A DNA stretch of 64,000 nt, taken from assembly GCF_036321535.1 (NCBI RefSeq), contig NC_087436.1:26910001-26974000 (forward strand), read 5' to 3'. The position numbers and the translations under genes are program-made. Source of the DNA: Camelus dromedarius. Taxonomy: Eukaryota. Shown here in pieces: positions 40,687 to 54,049 of this stretch. How positions within the stretch are numbered: the stretch's first letter is position 1; each line of letters begins with the position of its first letter. The notes under the pieces are model-generated. The model was given only the letters and a program-made list of their open reading frames with translations. It was not told where the DNA came from and ran no database searches.

Positions 40687-41457
40687 CATATAAAGTATTT
40701 TTAAAAACATCTGAAAGTTTAATTTTACCACTGACGGACAATGGCAAAGAAGGAGGGAGACATGAATGTGTATAAATATCAAAGTATATAAAAATTTGTG
40801 TAGCAAGAACCCAGAAAGAAGATACAGCTTAGCTTTTATTTTGATAATAAGAGTCTATTCATCTTTGTTATTATGAATAGGGACATAGACTTCACGTTAT
40901 GTATTTTAAGAAAATTATACTTTAATCTTGATGTGTAGTCAAGTTTAGTAGTAGCATAACTCTACTAAATAACATAGTAAGACTTGGATGAATTGTATTT
41001 TAGGAATACCATTGCAGTTTCCTTCATTCAGGAAATTTATCATTCATGGAATATGATTTGGAGCTTCTGTGGCATTTATAAAGCAGTTGGCATATATTTG
41101 AAGTAAGTTGCCAAGTTTCTTACTCTAATTCTGACAAGCAAGGCTTGTGAAAATAAAGACCCATGTATGTATCTTCCCCACATCAATCTGCTAATTGGAG
41201 ATTAATTTATGGTAAGAAAGACATTTTAAAACAACTAACTGAAATTGGAGGGGAGACTATCAATTATTCAAATGGTAATGTGAATGCATTTAATTAAAAA
41301 ATTTTAAATGCTTATCTGCTAGCAGCAAAAAGTCCTAAGCAATGAAGTCTGTTAATCATAGGAGGTAAATAATCTCCAAGAATATTTCCTTTTACTATTT
41401 GTGTTAAACAATTTCCAATCAACAGAGCCCTTCTCCAAGTTGCTTTCCTGGCTCAGA

Positions 41458-42013
41458 TTATTAAGGACAGGATAAATTGGCACTAAGTATCCATTTCAAA
41501 TTTGGGATACTGCACATTCTTTTCCTGTAGACACTGGAGATTTATAGGCTCTGGATACAAATTAGGTTTTGCCTATTAGATGCATATGCAAAAGATATGG
41601 AAGGTGAAAGCGAGGTCGAGGCATTCTTTTTTGGTTTTGCCTGTTTCCTGCTGGCAAGCAAGGTTATGGAATCGTTGGGATTTTCTGCAGCAGTGGTTTG
41701 GTGTCCAATTATTCATTTTATGATCACTGAGAGGAGTTCAGGAGAGGCCAGCTTCTAGATCTTGGGATCGCAACTACTGTAATGTGCTCCTGAAGTCAGC
41801 AGGGACAGGGCTTGCTCCTGACTCTACCTCCCCTATGAGGCCAGCTCCCATGGAAGGCCACATTTGGAGAGCTGCTTTAGGAGCAACTGTTAAGACACAG
41901 CCAAGAAACAATTTCCCATAATTTCCCAATAATTTTGTAAAAAACCTAAACTCATTTGTGTTTCAAAAAGAGTAACTTTTGTTTCCTGAAAATAAATCCT
42001 GATGATTCTGACA
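41458..42013 (+). mobile_element. Degenerate ERVL solo LTR (LTR41-like)
   Basis: aattaggttttgcctattagatgca and 3' tttgtttcctgaaaataaatcctga; the 5' end resembles the LTR at 357. Confidence 0.55.
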
Positions 42014-42478
42014 TATGTTTTAATTAATAGGAGAAGCTAGAATGTAAGTAGGCATGACATGCAGTGAGACTGCTGAATCAGTCAGTGAAGAGAATGCCTC
42101 TCACAGACTTTCATCCAGGCACAGGTTTTTGTGCTTTCTCTATTACATCTACTTCTATGTAGTCCTACCTTGCATCACTGTGGCTTCATCATTATTCTGC
42201 TCTATACTTCAATGTCCCCAGCTTAGTATTTTAAAGTCAAGAAACAGTAAAACTACAGTTTGTAGATTTAACATTGAATGAAAGAGCTAAATCAATGTAA
42301 TAATTGTGATGGTCAAATTATTTTAATTTGTTTGATTTCTTTAGTTGGTTTTTCATAAGATATAACTATCACAGCTGAAACAACCAGAGAGTCGCATTGG
42401 TTGAGATGGGCCCAACCACTTCAAACATCCGGATGTCTGTGAAAGAAATGACCTTAGCTGGTAGGTAAAACTGGAATG

Positions 42479-42854
42479 TGTCCTAGTTTGGGCTGCTATA
42501 ACAAAGTGCCATAGGCTGGGTGGCTTATAAACAACAGAAATTTATTTTTCACAATTCGGGAGGCTGAAAGTCTGAGATCAGGGTGCCAGCATGGTCAGGT
42601 TCTGGTGAGAGCCCTCTTCCAAGGTTGCAGGTGGCTCACTTCTTGTATCCTCACATAGTACAGAGCAGAGAGAGGACACAGACTCTCTCTTGACTCTTAT
42701 AAAGGCACTAATCCTGTATATGAAGACTCCAACCTCATAACCTTATCTAATTCTGATTACCTATGAAACAAATGCCTCATCTCCTAATACCATACATTAG
42801 GGTAGGGATTAAACACAGGAATTTGGGGGGGACACAAACATTCAGTCCATAAGA
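42479..42854 (-). mobile_element. MLT1A/A0-type MaLR solo LTR with 5-bp TSD GAATG
   Basis: gggctgctataacaaagtgccataggctgggtggcttataaacaacagaaatttatt...gggacacaaacattcagtccat; gaatg at 42474-42478 and 42855-42859. Confidence 0.92.
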
Positions 42855-43949
42855 GAATGTGAATTACCTCAGGAAAATCTGTGTTCCTCCTCTTACCCAC
42901 TTTTGTATATTTAAGATCGAGAAGAGAATATAGCACAAAATACTACTTAGATATTAGTGGAGTGAAAAATGACAATTGGATGACATTCTCTTAGAGCACT
43001 GTTATTCTCTTAAACAATTTCTAAGGATATTGCCAGCCTAAGGTAAATAGAGCAGTCATTACGAAAGAAGAACAGAATATTCTAAGCACTGCTGGAGACC
43101 AGATGAAATCAGAATATTTGGACTTGGGTCTTAGAAAGCTGTATTTAAAAAATGATACAGTCTGAATATTTATCATTGTAGTAAAACATATACATACTGG
43201 ACCTTTCATCACCACTACTGTGTGTTTTTTAAAATATTAAAAAAAATAAAACTCCCAAATAATCAACTCTCTAGCCCTTCCAGTGGTTTTGTAAAAACCT
43301 GAATTGATTAGTGTTTCCAATAGCTAGAAGGCGAGACGTGACATCCCTAATCTCTCCGTCCATACCTACTTCAGGCTTGTCTTTAGCTCCTTCCTCCCAT
43401 GAGGCTTTTAACTTTCAAGCCATTGATGGGAGAAATATATCAATGATTCTCATCTTCCTAGATTTTTAAGGGCATATTCTCATTTTTTCACCTGTAGTTT
43501 CTGCCTCTGTGTTTAAAAATGACATGTTCTGCTTAGTCGTGGACTATAATGTTCATAAAATCACTTATAACTACCAACAGATTTGGTAAAAATACAAATT
43601 TCAAGTCCATAGTACTTTTAAGTTTTACGTATCCTAAAAGGCTGCCTCTCTCGGTTTAGGAATATATATTCTGACCTAAAGGTATGACCCTATTTTAGTA
43701 CAGGCTTCTATTATTCCAGAAAGATCCAGCTATCGGTTTATGGTACCTAGTTCAGTGCCTACTCTTGATGTCTTCTCCTTTAGGTAACGACACAGAATAA
43801 AAATTATAAAGAAAAAGTGGTACAAAAGATAATCCTTGTATAATTTTGAATCACAAGAAAACTTTAGCTACTTCATTTTCCTGAATTACCCTCTATAAAA
43901 CACTTCTCATTTGGAAAATAAATCACTTCCTTACTCCTAATAATAATCC

Positions 43950-44125
43950 AAATGCCAGGATTTAAACTCCAGTCTGCTCCTCACATTGGGGTTAACATAG
44001 GTCACTTGTGTTACCTGTACTCTTTTTTTATTTCAGTATCCTCACAGTAAAGGAGGCAAGTGCACACTAGCATTGTAAGGACTGTGTGAGCAGATAAATG
44101 CAGGCTGGATAGGAGAGTGCTGGAC
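43950..44125 (+). mobile_element. MIR fragment
   Basis: ggatttaaactccagtctgc...gtcactt...tttcagtatcctcacagtaaagg resembles MIR. Confidence 0.5.
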
Positions 44126-44439
44126 ACGCAGTATGAGCTTTTTGGAAACTGCTGTGTTAATAAGCACACTTCCAATCAGTGTCACCTACACCACTTAGCT
44201 ATTCTTTACATTTCTCAGGGGGAAGTTCTAGTTATACTCATTTACCAATCTTTACCCCAAAATATCACATCCCTTTTTGATTTTCCTGCCTCTCTAAGCA
44301 CTAAAACATTTTCAGTGTCAAATTAAGTTCTCCTTTCTATATGCCCAAGAATAAGATCATAGTATATTTTTCTGAATTAAAACAAATGTCTCTTTATATA
44401 ATACAATTTATATTTAAAATCAAATTTGAAATATATTTA

Positions 44440-46760
44440 TAAGAGCTTTCAATTGATTTTGGTGTTCAGGACTCTATATGTAACCTTATTTGTTAATTGT
44501 GATGTTAAACACTCTGTAGGTTAACTGGTCTCATGCATGTGCTTGCTTCATGTACCAGTCTCAGAAGATGGTTTCTAGCACAGTTTGGATGTCCACTTTC
44601 TTTGTGACTATGTTAGTTTTTGCTTTATGTTATACCTGCCTGCTGAAATATTCATTTTAGCAGTAGTTTAAGAATGTTGGTTATCTCCAATACATATTTA
44701 CCAAAAAGTCTACTCCAATATTATTAAAACTATGTCAGTTTTCTTTCTGTTAATATTTTCTAATTAAATCTTTTTCATTTAATTTCCATCTTTGTCATTA
44801 AGTTGCTATGTTATAAAATAGCAAGAGATGTGAAAATTAAAATCTGAAAATCCTTCTTTTAATCAACTAGTTAAAACCATATTTATTTGTGATGATTACT
44901 GATAATTTAGACTTGCTGCTTTTGGCTTATTTTCCATTTTCTATTGACTATATTATTTTTGTATGTGTGTGGTCAGGGAGGGAGGTTCTCATTACTTTCT
45001 TTCAGCTTCCTGCTGTTTTGATAGTTTTTTTTTTATATGTCAGACAATATTTTCTGTTTCTTACATTTTTGGAAGTTAAATATTTAATATACTATTTATC
45101 TCCCTTCTTATATTTTAACATGTACATATGACTAAAAGTATCATAAATTCAGCCAACCCCACTGTTCTCCTCCCAAACAGCACATGAGCACACATGCACT
45201 GGAATGCCAACCTAATTTATAATTCCCACATCTCCTTTCAATATGTTATGTTATTTTTTCTTACATATTAGTTATTACTTTTAAGATAATACTATCTTAA
45301 CTATATAGTTAGCAGTGTTCCTTAAAATTAAAAGCCTGAACTTATATTTATCAAAATGTTTAGTTTTATTCTCCATCTCAGCATTGTGTTTTGCACCCCA
45401 TTTTTCCTAGGATTAGATTTCTATATAATGAAGTTCCTGCTTTATTATCTTTTCAGCAAATATCTGAGTGTTAAACTCAGTGTTGGCTGAAAACATACAT
45501 TTGCTTATTCTTCAGTGACAATTTAGCTGTAATATTGATTACATTTATGTTTCTTTGTTTCTGATCTTTCCCATGTCTCTATATTTTATTTAGTTTGTTT
45601 TTACTTCTTTTTCTTGTTCAGAATTTCTTTGCTCCCATCAAATTGGAGTGAAGATCTGTCTGTAACTTTCAAATTCTATAGCAATACTAGAAACTATCAG
45701 GTCACAAATCCTTTGATGTTTAATCTTCTTGTGTTTATTGTTCTGTTAAATATCAGTGTAACATTGAGTAGAAGGGGAAATAGTAATTGTCTTATTTGGT
45801 TCTGAGTGATAAAATACATTAATAAATACTACTAAGTATAATGTTCTAGCAAGAACTCTTATAGATAATATATTAGGTTAAGAGGATGTGATTTATTTCT
45901 AGTTTGCTAAGAATCATGACCTTACCTAGGTTCTCGAATTTTAGCAAATGATCATTCTGCAAGTCTATTTGGTGAATTACATTGATTGTCTTTCCAAAGT
46001 TCAATGAATCTTACATTTGTGGAATGAATCCAGTTTCGTTCCAATGTTTCATCTTTGCTTAAAATCTCTGGATTTAAATTTTCAATATAGTATGTGGATT
46101 TTGCTTCATGAGAGAACCGGTTTGTAATTATATATATATATTTTCTCTCTCGAGTTTGCTTAGTATTCTGAATATATGGTGTGACATTTTTTATCAGTTT
46201 TAGAAAATTCTTGATTATTACTTTGTTGAATATTGCTTCATTCCCATTATTTTTACTGTCTTCTTCTATTAAGTCCACTAATATAAATATGAGAACACAT
46301 ACGCAAGCCCCACATCTCTCTCTTATTCCCATTTATTTCTCTGGGTTTTTTGTTTGTTTTTTTGTTTTGTCTTTAGTTTTGTCTGTTTTCTAATTTCCTA
46401 TCTTCATATTTCTTGATTTGATGTTTTATTTCCACTATTTTATTAAATTCACCCATTTAGTCCTAAAAATCATTATGTTTTAAATACTCTTTAATACATC
46501 CAATCCTCTTGTGAAACTCCAAATAGCGTCTTCTACTTGTTTTTGTTTTTAAAAACATTAATCAGAGTTATGTAAATTCCGTGTCCATTACTTGGACCTC
46601 TTAGCCATCTGGATCATTCCTAACCCTTTTTAAAAAATTATTATTATGTTTTCTATTGAATATAAGACATATTTTTTGCTTATTTGAATGTCTAGTATTT
46701 TTTAATTCAGTTGAAAACTGTGTACATAATAATAATAAAAGTTCCAGACAGTTTTTTCCC
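44440..46760 (-). mobile_element. Ancient L1M remnants including ORF1 and ORF2 RT pieces
   Basis: Minus translation NGNEAIFNKVIIKNFLKLIKNVTPYIQNTKQT resembles the L1 ORF1p RRM region; 45830-46110 is colinear with the antisense RT at ~39150-39420. Confidence 0.65.
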
Positions 46761-49189
46761 CCACAAAAGGTCTATTTACTTTAATCCTATCAAGAATTGA
46801 GCTAGGTTAGGGATACTCTGCTTTGTTTCCAATTCTCAAGCAAGTTTCTGAAGCAATAGGTAAGATCCAATTTTGCCCTAAAAATATTCTACCCTTGTTC
46901 TGCAACCTTCTACTAAATTCAGTTTTGAAATCTTAAAAGTATCTTAAGAGGAAGTTCAGCAGTTTGCTGAAGACAGATTCACTCCCAACAGCTTCTGTTT
47001 CCCAAAAACATTAGGAATCAGAAAGAGACTTTACTCTGCCCTTTAGAAGATTTTGGCCTAGCTCTTTAGCATCCTTAGTAGTAACAGACCCCAAGAGTAT
47101 TTGAATCCTGAGGCCCACCTTGATATCTAAATAATTAAATCTTTGGCAAACTTGGCCAAGATTACTATTAATAAATATGCCACATTTTCATATTACTCAG
47201 AATACATGCAGAATATTTATATTCATGATTGTAAATAGTGAAATACATTTTTCAATTTTGTTTATTTATGTACTCAATACATATTTGGAAGGTCAGTTTA
47301 AATTGTATATTCCAAATAATTTTCCTAAATTTCTCTGCCACTCAGGAAATGAGAAAAAAGGCATCTTTTTTTGTTGTTTAGCTTTTTGTTTTAAGACGCT
47401 GTTACATATAAAAAATGTTTGTCATGTAGATGATAAAAATTTGTACTTCTGTGTACGTATATTAGATTTGCAGACATCAGCCATGCTTTGCCCTTTGCCT
47501 ATACTTTGTCTTTTGTATACACTTATAGCAGTATGTGACCCAGGAAATAACAATGGTTCTGGAAGAAGAGAGACTCTGAAGACATGAAAAACTGACTTCG
47601 AAGTATCATCAAGTCATTAATTCTATCTTATTCTATGCATTTTAAAAATAAATAATTACATATTAAAAAGCAGTAGATAAGCTTTTAACTTTTACCTCCA
47701 TAATTCTAGGTGAAGACTGTCTATATATCTCTAGTTTAAGTGCTATTTTTAATATAATTTTTTCTAATACTTAGGTACTTTAACTAGGTTTCTGGCTTTT
47801 GGGTAAATGAAATGATTCACTTTTTCTAAATTGTAACAGAAAGATAGAAATTGAGTTTACTAGATTAACCAGTCTATTACATCTATAATTATATTTAGAA
47901 TAAACAATCAACAGAATCTTTAAATGAGAATAGCAACAACGTGAGATCTGATTAAGTCATCAGCTGGTAAAGAAATAATAAAGTCTATGTTACATGTTTG
48001 TAAAGACAAAATCGTAAGTAAGGTGCTCAATTTTTGTGGCTAAACCTATCAGTGTATTTATATAGGAAATAATACTGCTTTGTTCATTCCTTAAAATACA
48101 GAATGTGATACTGTACATTCTTTTTTAAAATGTTTGACCATACTAGCAATGCATGAATATATTTTCAATCAAAATCATTCAAAATCTCACTCAAAATGGA
48201 CTACTAACATCCTAGTCTTCTTTTCAAAGGCTAATAAATTTATCAATAATCTGCGTATTTTTACAAAAATACACACAGGGTTATATGAACCTGAAGAAAA
48301 AATATGTAACATGAATTGTAATATAATGTACCTATAATTTTGTAAGACGTCTTTTTCTACTAACTGGTATCTTAGTAATCCACTAATTTATCTAGCTGAC
48401 TTATTCTCTTACTATATAGTACTCCATAGGATGGATATAACCATCATTCATTGTTAATCTCCAGTCTCTAAAAATTGACGGTGGTTCCATTTTTTGCTAA
48501 TGTGAATGGTATTAAGTAAATGGCAGTATATACACTTCTGTGTTTATAAAAGTATACATACTCAGGGTATATTACAAATGATAGAATCCATATACTTACT
48601 TTAATTTATACTAACAGGCTGCCCTACAAAGTAGATGTTCCAATATAAAACATTTACTAAGAGGCAAAATCATATATTTTTAGGTTATTTTCTTAAAAAT
48701 ATGCTAATGCTTACATAAGCTAATGAATCCAAGTGAGTAAGAAAGAGGTAGCAATAATTTTTAAAATATTATTCTTAAAACAGGAATTTTGGTACACAAT
48801 AAACTTTAGTTTAAAAAAAGCACAATATTTTGTAGTGTACTTGTGCTTTTAGCTTCAATAGTACGTATTTTGTCCAGTATCTTTTTCACAATGGTTGCAA
48901 TGACTTTCTGATAACTTTCCATATGGACATGTTAATTTTATTTTAAAATCCTCATGGATTTATAATGAGATATTAAGCCAGATAATAACATTCCTACATC
49001 TTAAAGTTAATATAAAGACATTATAATGCCCTTCTCCTTTATTAGAAACATCCTGAAGAATAACATAATGGCTTGGAAAACCTAAAAATCCTTGAAACTT
49101 CTAATGCTTTAAAATAAAGCTCTGAATTGAATTCTTCAACTTTTCTTAGGTGGTGTGATTAGTTGCTTTTCTAAATCAATAAAGAATGT

Positions 49190-50345
49190 TGTTCACTACC
49201 TCTTGTTCCGAAAACTGTCACTATTTAGTATGCAGTTACCACTTTCTCTTGGCTTTCACTGGCCATTCTGTATATCTTATTGACGGGTCCTTCTCCATTA
49301 CCCTAGTTTCTTAATATCAAGTTTCCTAAGAATTCAGTCTATGGACTTCTCTTTCTACTCACTCTTGACAGGTGATCAAATTTAGTTCTATGGCTTTAAA
49401 TATCAACTGTATGTTGACCACTCCAAAATATTTATCTCAACTCTAAAGTTCTTTCCTGAAATACACCTGCCTGTTTGATATACTCACTGACTAACAGGTA
49501 TCTCAAATTTAGTATGTGCCAAATGGAAATCCTTATACCCCCCAACTCATATCTTCTTTTCATGTAGCTTTCGCCTTTCCAGGTGATACAACCCTGCAAA
49601 TCAGCTGAAAATCATGGAGTTACTCTTGATTTTCTTTTTTTCTCAAATTGATATTCCTGCTGGTTCTGCCTTCAAAATATAGCCAGATCCTGGTTATGTC
49701 CTTGTCACATTGCCATCATTACTATACCCTGAGTATAACCAGCAAACATTTTTGCCAAGTTTGTTGACTATCTCTTTATTTAGATAGCCTGCTTCAAATC
49801 TGGGACCTATATCATCTATTATCACAGTAACAATTAGAGTAATTTTGTTAAAAATGCAAGCGGTATCATGTCAGTTCTACACTCAATATTATTAATTAGT
49901 TTCTCATCTCAATTAGAGTAAAATCCAAGTCCTTAAAAGGACTAACTGATTATCAATTGTTAGCCCTTTTATTTCATCTACTACTTTAACCACTCTTCAC
50001 TCTGCCAAGATACCCTGGCCTCTTTGAGTTTCCCAGGACATGCAGGTCAGCACCTTCTTACCCTCAAGCATCACTATTGTGGGTGTTTCTCTTTTTTATA
50101 GGTCACTTCCTCCAGATAGCTGCAGACCTCACACCCCCTTCTTCTTTGAATGAGTTTTTCCCCTAAGTATCATATAATTTTGAATTTTCCTCGGCATTCC
50201 TTATCTTTACTCCTGATACACTCTACACTTATGTATGTTGTAAACTTATTACCAATCTCCCCCAATAGAATGAAACTATTCTAGTGCATAAACTTTTGTC
50301 TGTTTTGCTCTGTTGGATCCCCAAGCCTAGCACATGTTACCTGTT
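49190..50345 (+). mobile_element. L2 3' portion
   Basis: ggctttaaatatcaactgtatgttgaccactccaaaatatttatctc, tcctgctggttctgccttcaaaatatagccaga and gtctgttttgctc...ccccaagcctagcaca. Confidence 0.85.
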
Positions 50346-50426
50346 GAAAGAAAGGATGTCTGGTCATTTAGTCAAGATGTTTTTCTTATGTTCCCTAGAG
50401 AAGTGCTGAATGATGTACTTAGAGAA

Positions 50427-50800
50427 AGTGTTCTCAATGATTTTGATCTTAGGATCACCTTGAACTTTAAAAAATATATATACCAATAAACTATTATGTA
50501 TTTACCTATGTCTCAAGATTTAGTAGCAAGTAATATCAAACACATTACCTGAAAATATGACCATTAGTTAATAATTTATTTTAAAAATGTACAAAGTAAA
50601 TGTTTATGCAACACCTGTATAATTTTACAAAACATATTATGATAGATTTCAATAGTGAAATTTCACCTGCTTGATTGGTTTCATCTATATATATGTGGCT
50701 CTGATTTTCAAGAAATATACAGTGAATGCAAAGGCATGCTCAATATAATAAGAAATTTTAGTAACTCTTTAAAAAATGTAAACTTGTGACATTGTTGAAT
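50427..50800 (+). mobile_element. Possible hAT-Charlie remnant
   Basis: agtgttctcaatgattttgatcttaggatcaccttgaactttaaaaaat resembles a Charlie-type terminus; the extent is uncertain. Confidence 0.35.
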
Positions 50801-53123
50801 AGTTAGGCTTTGAAATATGTATAAATCTAGGTTTTAACTCCGATTTCAGTAAAATTTGCATCAGAAATTCAATAGAAAACTAAAATATCATGCACTTTAT
50901 TCTAACTATATGAGTTGATGGGGTAGGTAAAAATATATTGTTGGTCTTCTAAACAGATTAGAACAAAAGTTATAGAAACATTTAATCTAAGGATTTTCCA
51001 TCTGAGACATCTCAAATTAAATAATCTTTCAAAAAATACTTGACTATCCTAGGGAACAAAATTAAAATCATCTCAGATAACATCAGATCTCTAATCTGGT
51101 TCTAAGCCAAAAGACATTCCGGCCTAAGTGGCAGAGAAAACAAACAAATGTCATGGCAACTAAAGCTGTCAACTTTCTCTAGTTTAACAAGTTTTTCACT
51201 CCCAATTCATCTTGCATTTTATTATTCTATCATTGAGGGTTTTGTCAATATGGTGGATTGTTTTTCCCTCTACTAATGATGTTGCATGATTAATAACATC
51301 AATGATGCTTTTACTTTAAAGGTAAAGTGACTATATCTGTGATTTTCTATGTAATAGCTTGTATAAGTCATTAGGCTAAAATGGATAATCAAGAAAATAC
51401 ATCAATTTTTTCAACAATGGAAAATAACCCATATAATTATATTCAAAATGATAACACATTCAGAGATTGAATGAAATCCGATCAAAGTGCAAGGGAATGT
51501 AATGTACTTATTTAATGCTATGTGAATATTCTTAAAATTTTCATGTTATTTTAAACCAGTTCTTATAGTTCTACATTTTATACTCTTAAATGGTAAAACT
51601 ATGTTAATTTTTTTCTTCTACTTTTGAAAGTGACGGTTGACATGTGATTTCTCTTACACTTTGGCTCTCCAAGTTGGAAATACTCAAGGGAACAGAGACT
51701 GGTGTCGTATGGCAGTTTGAATGACTTGGTCTAAAATAAAGGTTGCTGCCAATGAGGAATCAGAGACTCTTCTACCTGAAGGGTAGTGTTACACTGCAAT
51801 AATCTGGCCTTGCTTTAGTTATGAGTAATAAAGTTTACTCTAGAGTCAAATGAAAATATTTTTACCACTTTCTTTGGAATGTGTGGCAAGTTTCTTTCCA
51901 TGAATTTTTTCTTTAAAGTCTTGAGAACAGCTGGACCCAGCAGTGCAATTATGACGAGAGCATTATGATCCCTGGCCACATTTACCCAGGAATATATGAA
52001 TGGCTGTAAGTGGTCATTGTATCCAAATGTAATTTAGTATAACAATAAACCTGAGAGTAGGCAAATCTTTAATATTCAAAAAATAATATGCCCAGCTAAA
52101 CTCAAACAGGTATCATACCTTTTAAATATTGTTAAAAGATAATAATAACTGTGTACACTTCAAAGTTTAGAGATTTGTCAAAAATCATTATCAAAATAAT
52201 ACTCACCAAACTACACATTTTGTAATAAAATAATCACTATTTGAGAAATTAACATTAAAATATATAAAAAGATTAAAGAACCAAGTTAATTATCCTCTCA
52301 GACATTGGATTCTGTATTTAAAAAAGCAAACCAATGCCTTGAGTAGTAAGAACATGTCTACTCACATAACATTATTTGTTATATTCTACCTAATGTGAAA
52401 ATAAGATTTTATATATATTAGGAAACTCACTTTAAAATTTATGCACATGAAGATCCCCCCAAATTTATTCCCTTTTTCTTGGAATTCTTGCTAAACAGGA
52501 AAGTTGACGGGAATAATAGAAAGGCAATTGAAGTTACAGAAGAAGAAAGAAGTGGTAAGAATGGGTTATTTTTAGTCTTGATTTCTTGAAAAGTTTGGGA
52601 TAAATACACAATTAAAAAATAAAAATACAGGGAAAAAACTCAAAACTCTTCATATCTTACACCACAAGTTATCACAAAACAAAAATATGATTGATGTTCA
52701 AACCTTATTATAATTGGTGTCCAAGCCTTACAGATAAAATTATATATGTAAATGATCTATCATACACCATGGAAAATTTAAAGTTAAAAATAATGTGCCT
52801 CCTAAATTGAGGTCAATTTATAACTGGCAACTGACTGTTCACACCCTAATTTCAAATATATGCATGCTCAACTCACAACAATTTCTGTCATAATTTAAAA
52901 TTAGAAGCAGTAAATAACACATCATAAATTTGTAAAAGGGTAGCACTGTTGGAACACTAAATTATTACCAAAAAATTAATAGCAAAGTCCTTATATTTAC
53001 TGCAAGCACACTCAAATTTTTTAATTGGGGAAAATGTCATTTTTAAGTTAATACTGTTAAGACTCAATGTCAAGTACACTTCGATACTGTACATTTATAG
53101 AAATGACATAGTGCATTGATTGT

Positions 53124-53225
53124 GTCTCTTTCTCCTCCTCTTCCACCCTCCTTAACTCCCTCTCTTTCTATTTCTATCTCTATCTCTCTATTTCTCTACT
53201 TCTCCTTTCATCTCTATCTCTTCTT
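53124..53225. repeat. CT-rich low-complexity tract
   Basis: Read directly from the sequence. Confidence 0.85.
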
Positions 53226-53448
53226 TGAAATTATACAAGATAAACAGAATATAAAATTAGGTATTAAAATACATAAATCTTTTGTTTAAGTGAACTATTT
53301 TTCAAAAATAGATAAAAAGTCTCTTAGGCAAGTTTCAACTAAACTGAATTAAGTATTATTACATATTAACTGAAGATTTAAATTACTCAATTTGGTCTTT
53401 CAATAATAGAACACTCTTGAAAAAAACTTCAAAAAATGCCATTCTTCC

Positions 53449-54049
53449 TGTCAACATAAAAGTTGCACCAGACAATATTAAACAGGAAGGAAGATTTTAT
53501 TTAAGGCTCTTGCATAAAGGGAAGAAGGCTGTGACTCAGGCTCAATTCTGCTGAAATGAAAGGTGTTAAGAATTGCTGGGATCACATGGTATTTCTAATT
53601 TTATTATTTTGAGGAACCTCCATATTTTTTTCCATAGTGAGGCTGAAGTGAGAGGGAAATCATAGGCTATCTGTGCTTGCGGATTGGCTTCACCCAAAAA
53701 AAACTAAACTTTGTCATAACTTCATAATAGGAGGTATTTTTATAACTCGGGAGTAAGGTGCCTGTTGATGTTAGGTCTCTACCCTTCCACAGAAAATAGA
53801 AGTTCGGGGCATCATTTTCCGTAAAGATTACATTTTAAAGGGATGGCTCTCAGGTTCTTGAGAAAGATATTCCTGGGTTGTAAAGCTGGCAAGAGTCTGG
53901 GAGAAGATTTACATATCTAAAGAGCAGAGAAAGAAATGACAATTTCTGTAAATTCTCTAAGAAAAAGGAGGTCAGAGACCTAGAGTAAGAAAGAAACTTG
54001 CTTAAAGTATAGTCAAGCTGAGAGGGCACCATCAAGGCCTTTTTAGTCA
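53449..54049 (-). mobile_element. MER31-like ERV1 solo LTR
   Basis: Reverse complement reads TGactaaaaaggcc...ctcagcttgactatacttt...cttgccagctttacaacccaggaatatctttctcaagaacctgagagccatccc...gttgaCA. Confidence 0.8.
53570..53645 (-). mobile_element. Short internal L1 ORF2 fragment inside the LTR
   Basis: gaattgctgggatcacatggt...tttgaggaacctccatatttttttccatagtg aligns to the in-window L1 at ~37532-37604. Confidence 0.8.

Noticed and set aside
357..42013. Two related same-orientation LTRs as the ends of one provirus
   Set aside because: 41 kb apart, highly diverged, and no gag/pol/env sequence seen between them.
47177..47587. 136-aa ORF and other short non-L1 ORFs in the track
   Set aside because: Composition reflects AT-rich DNA, no recognisable domains, and lengths are compatible with chance.
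52053..52066. 14-mer gagagtaggcaaat shared with ~27940 as a third repeat copy
   Set aside because: The flanks do not align, and several chance 14-mer matches are expected in 64 kb.
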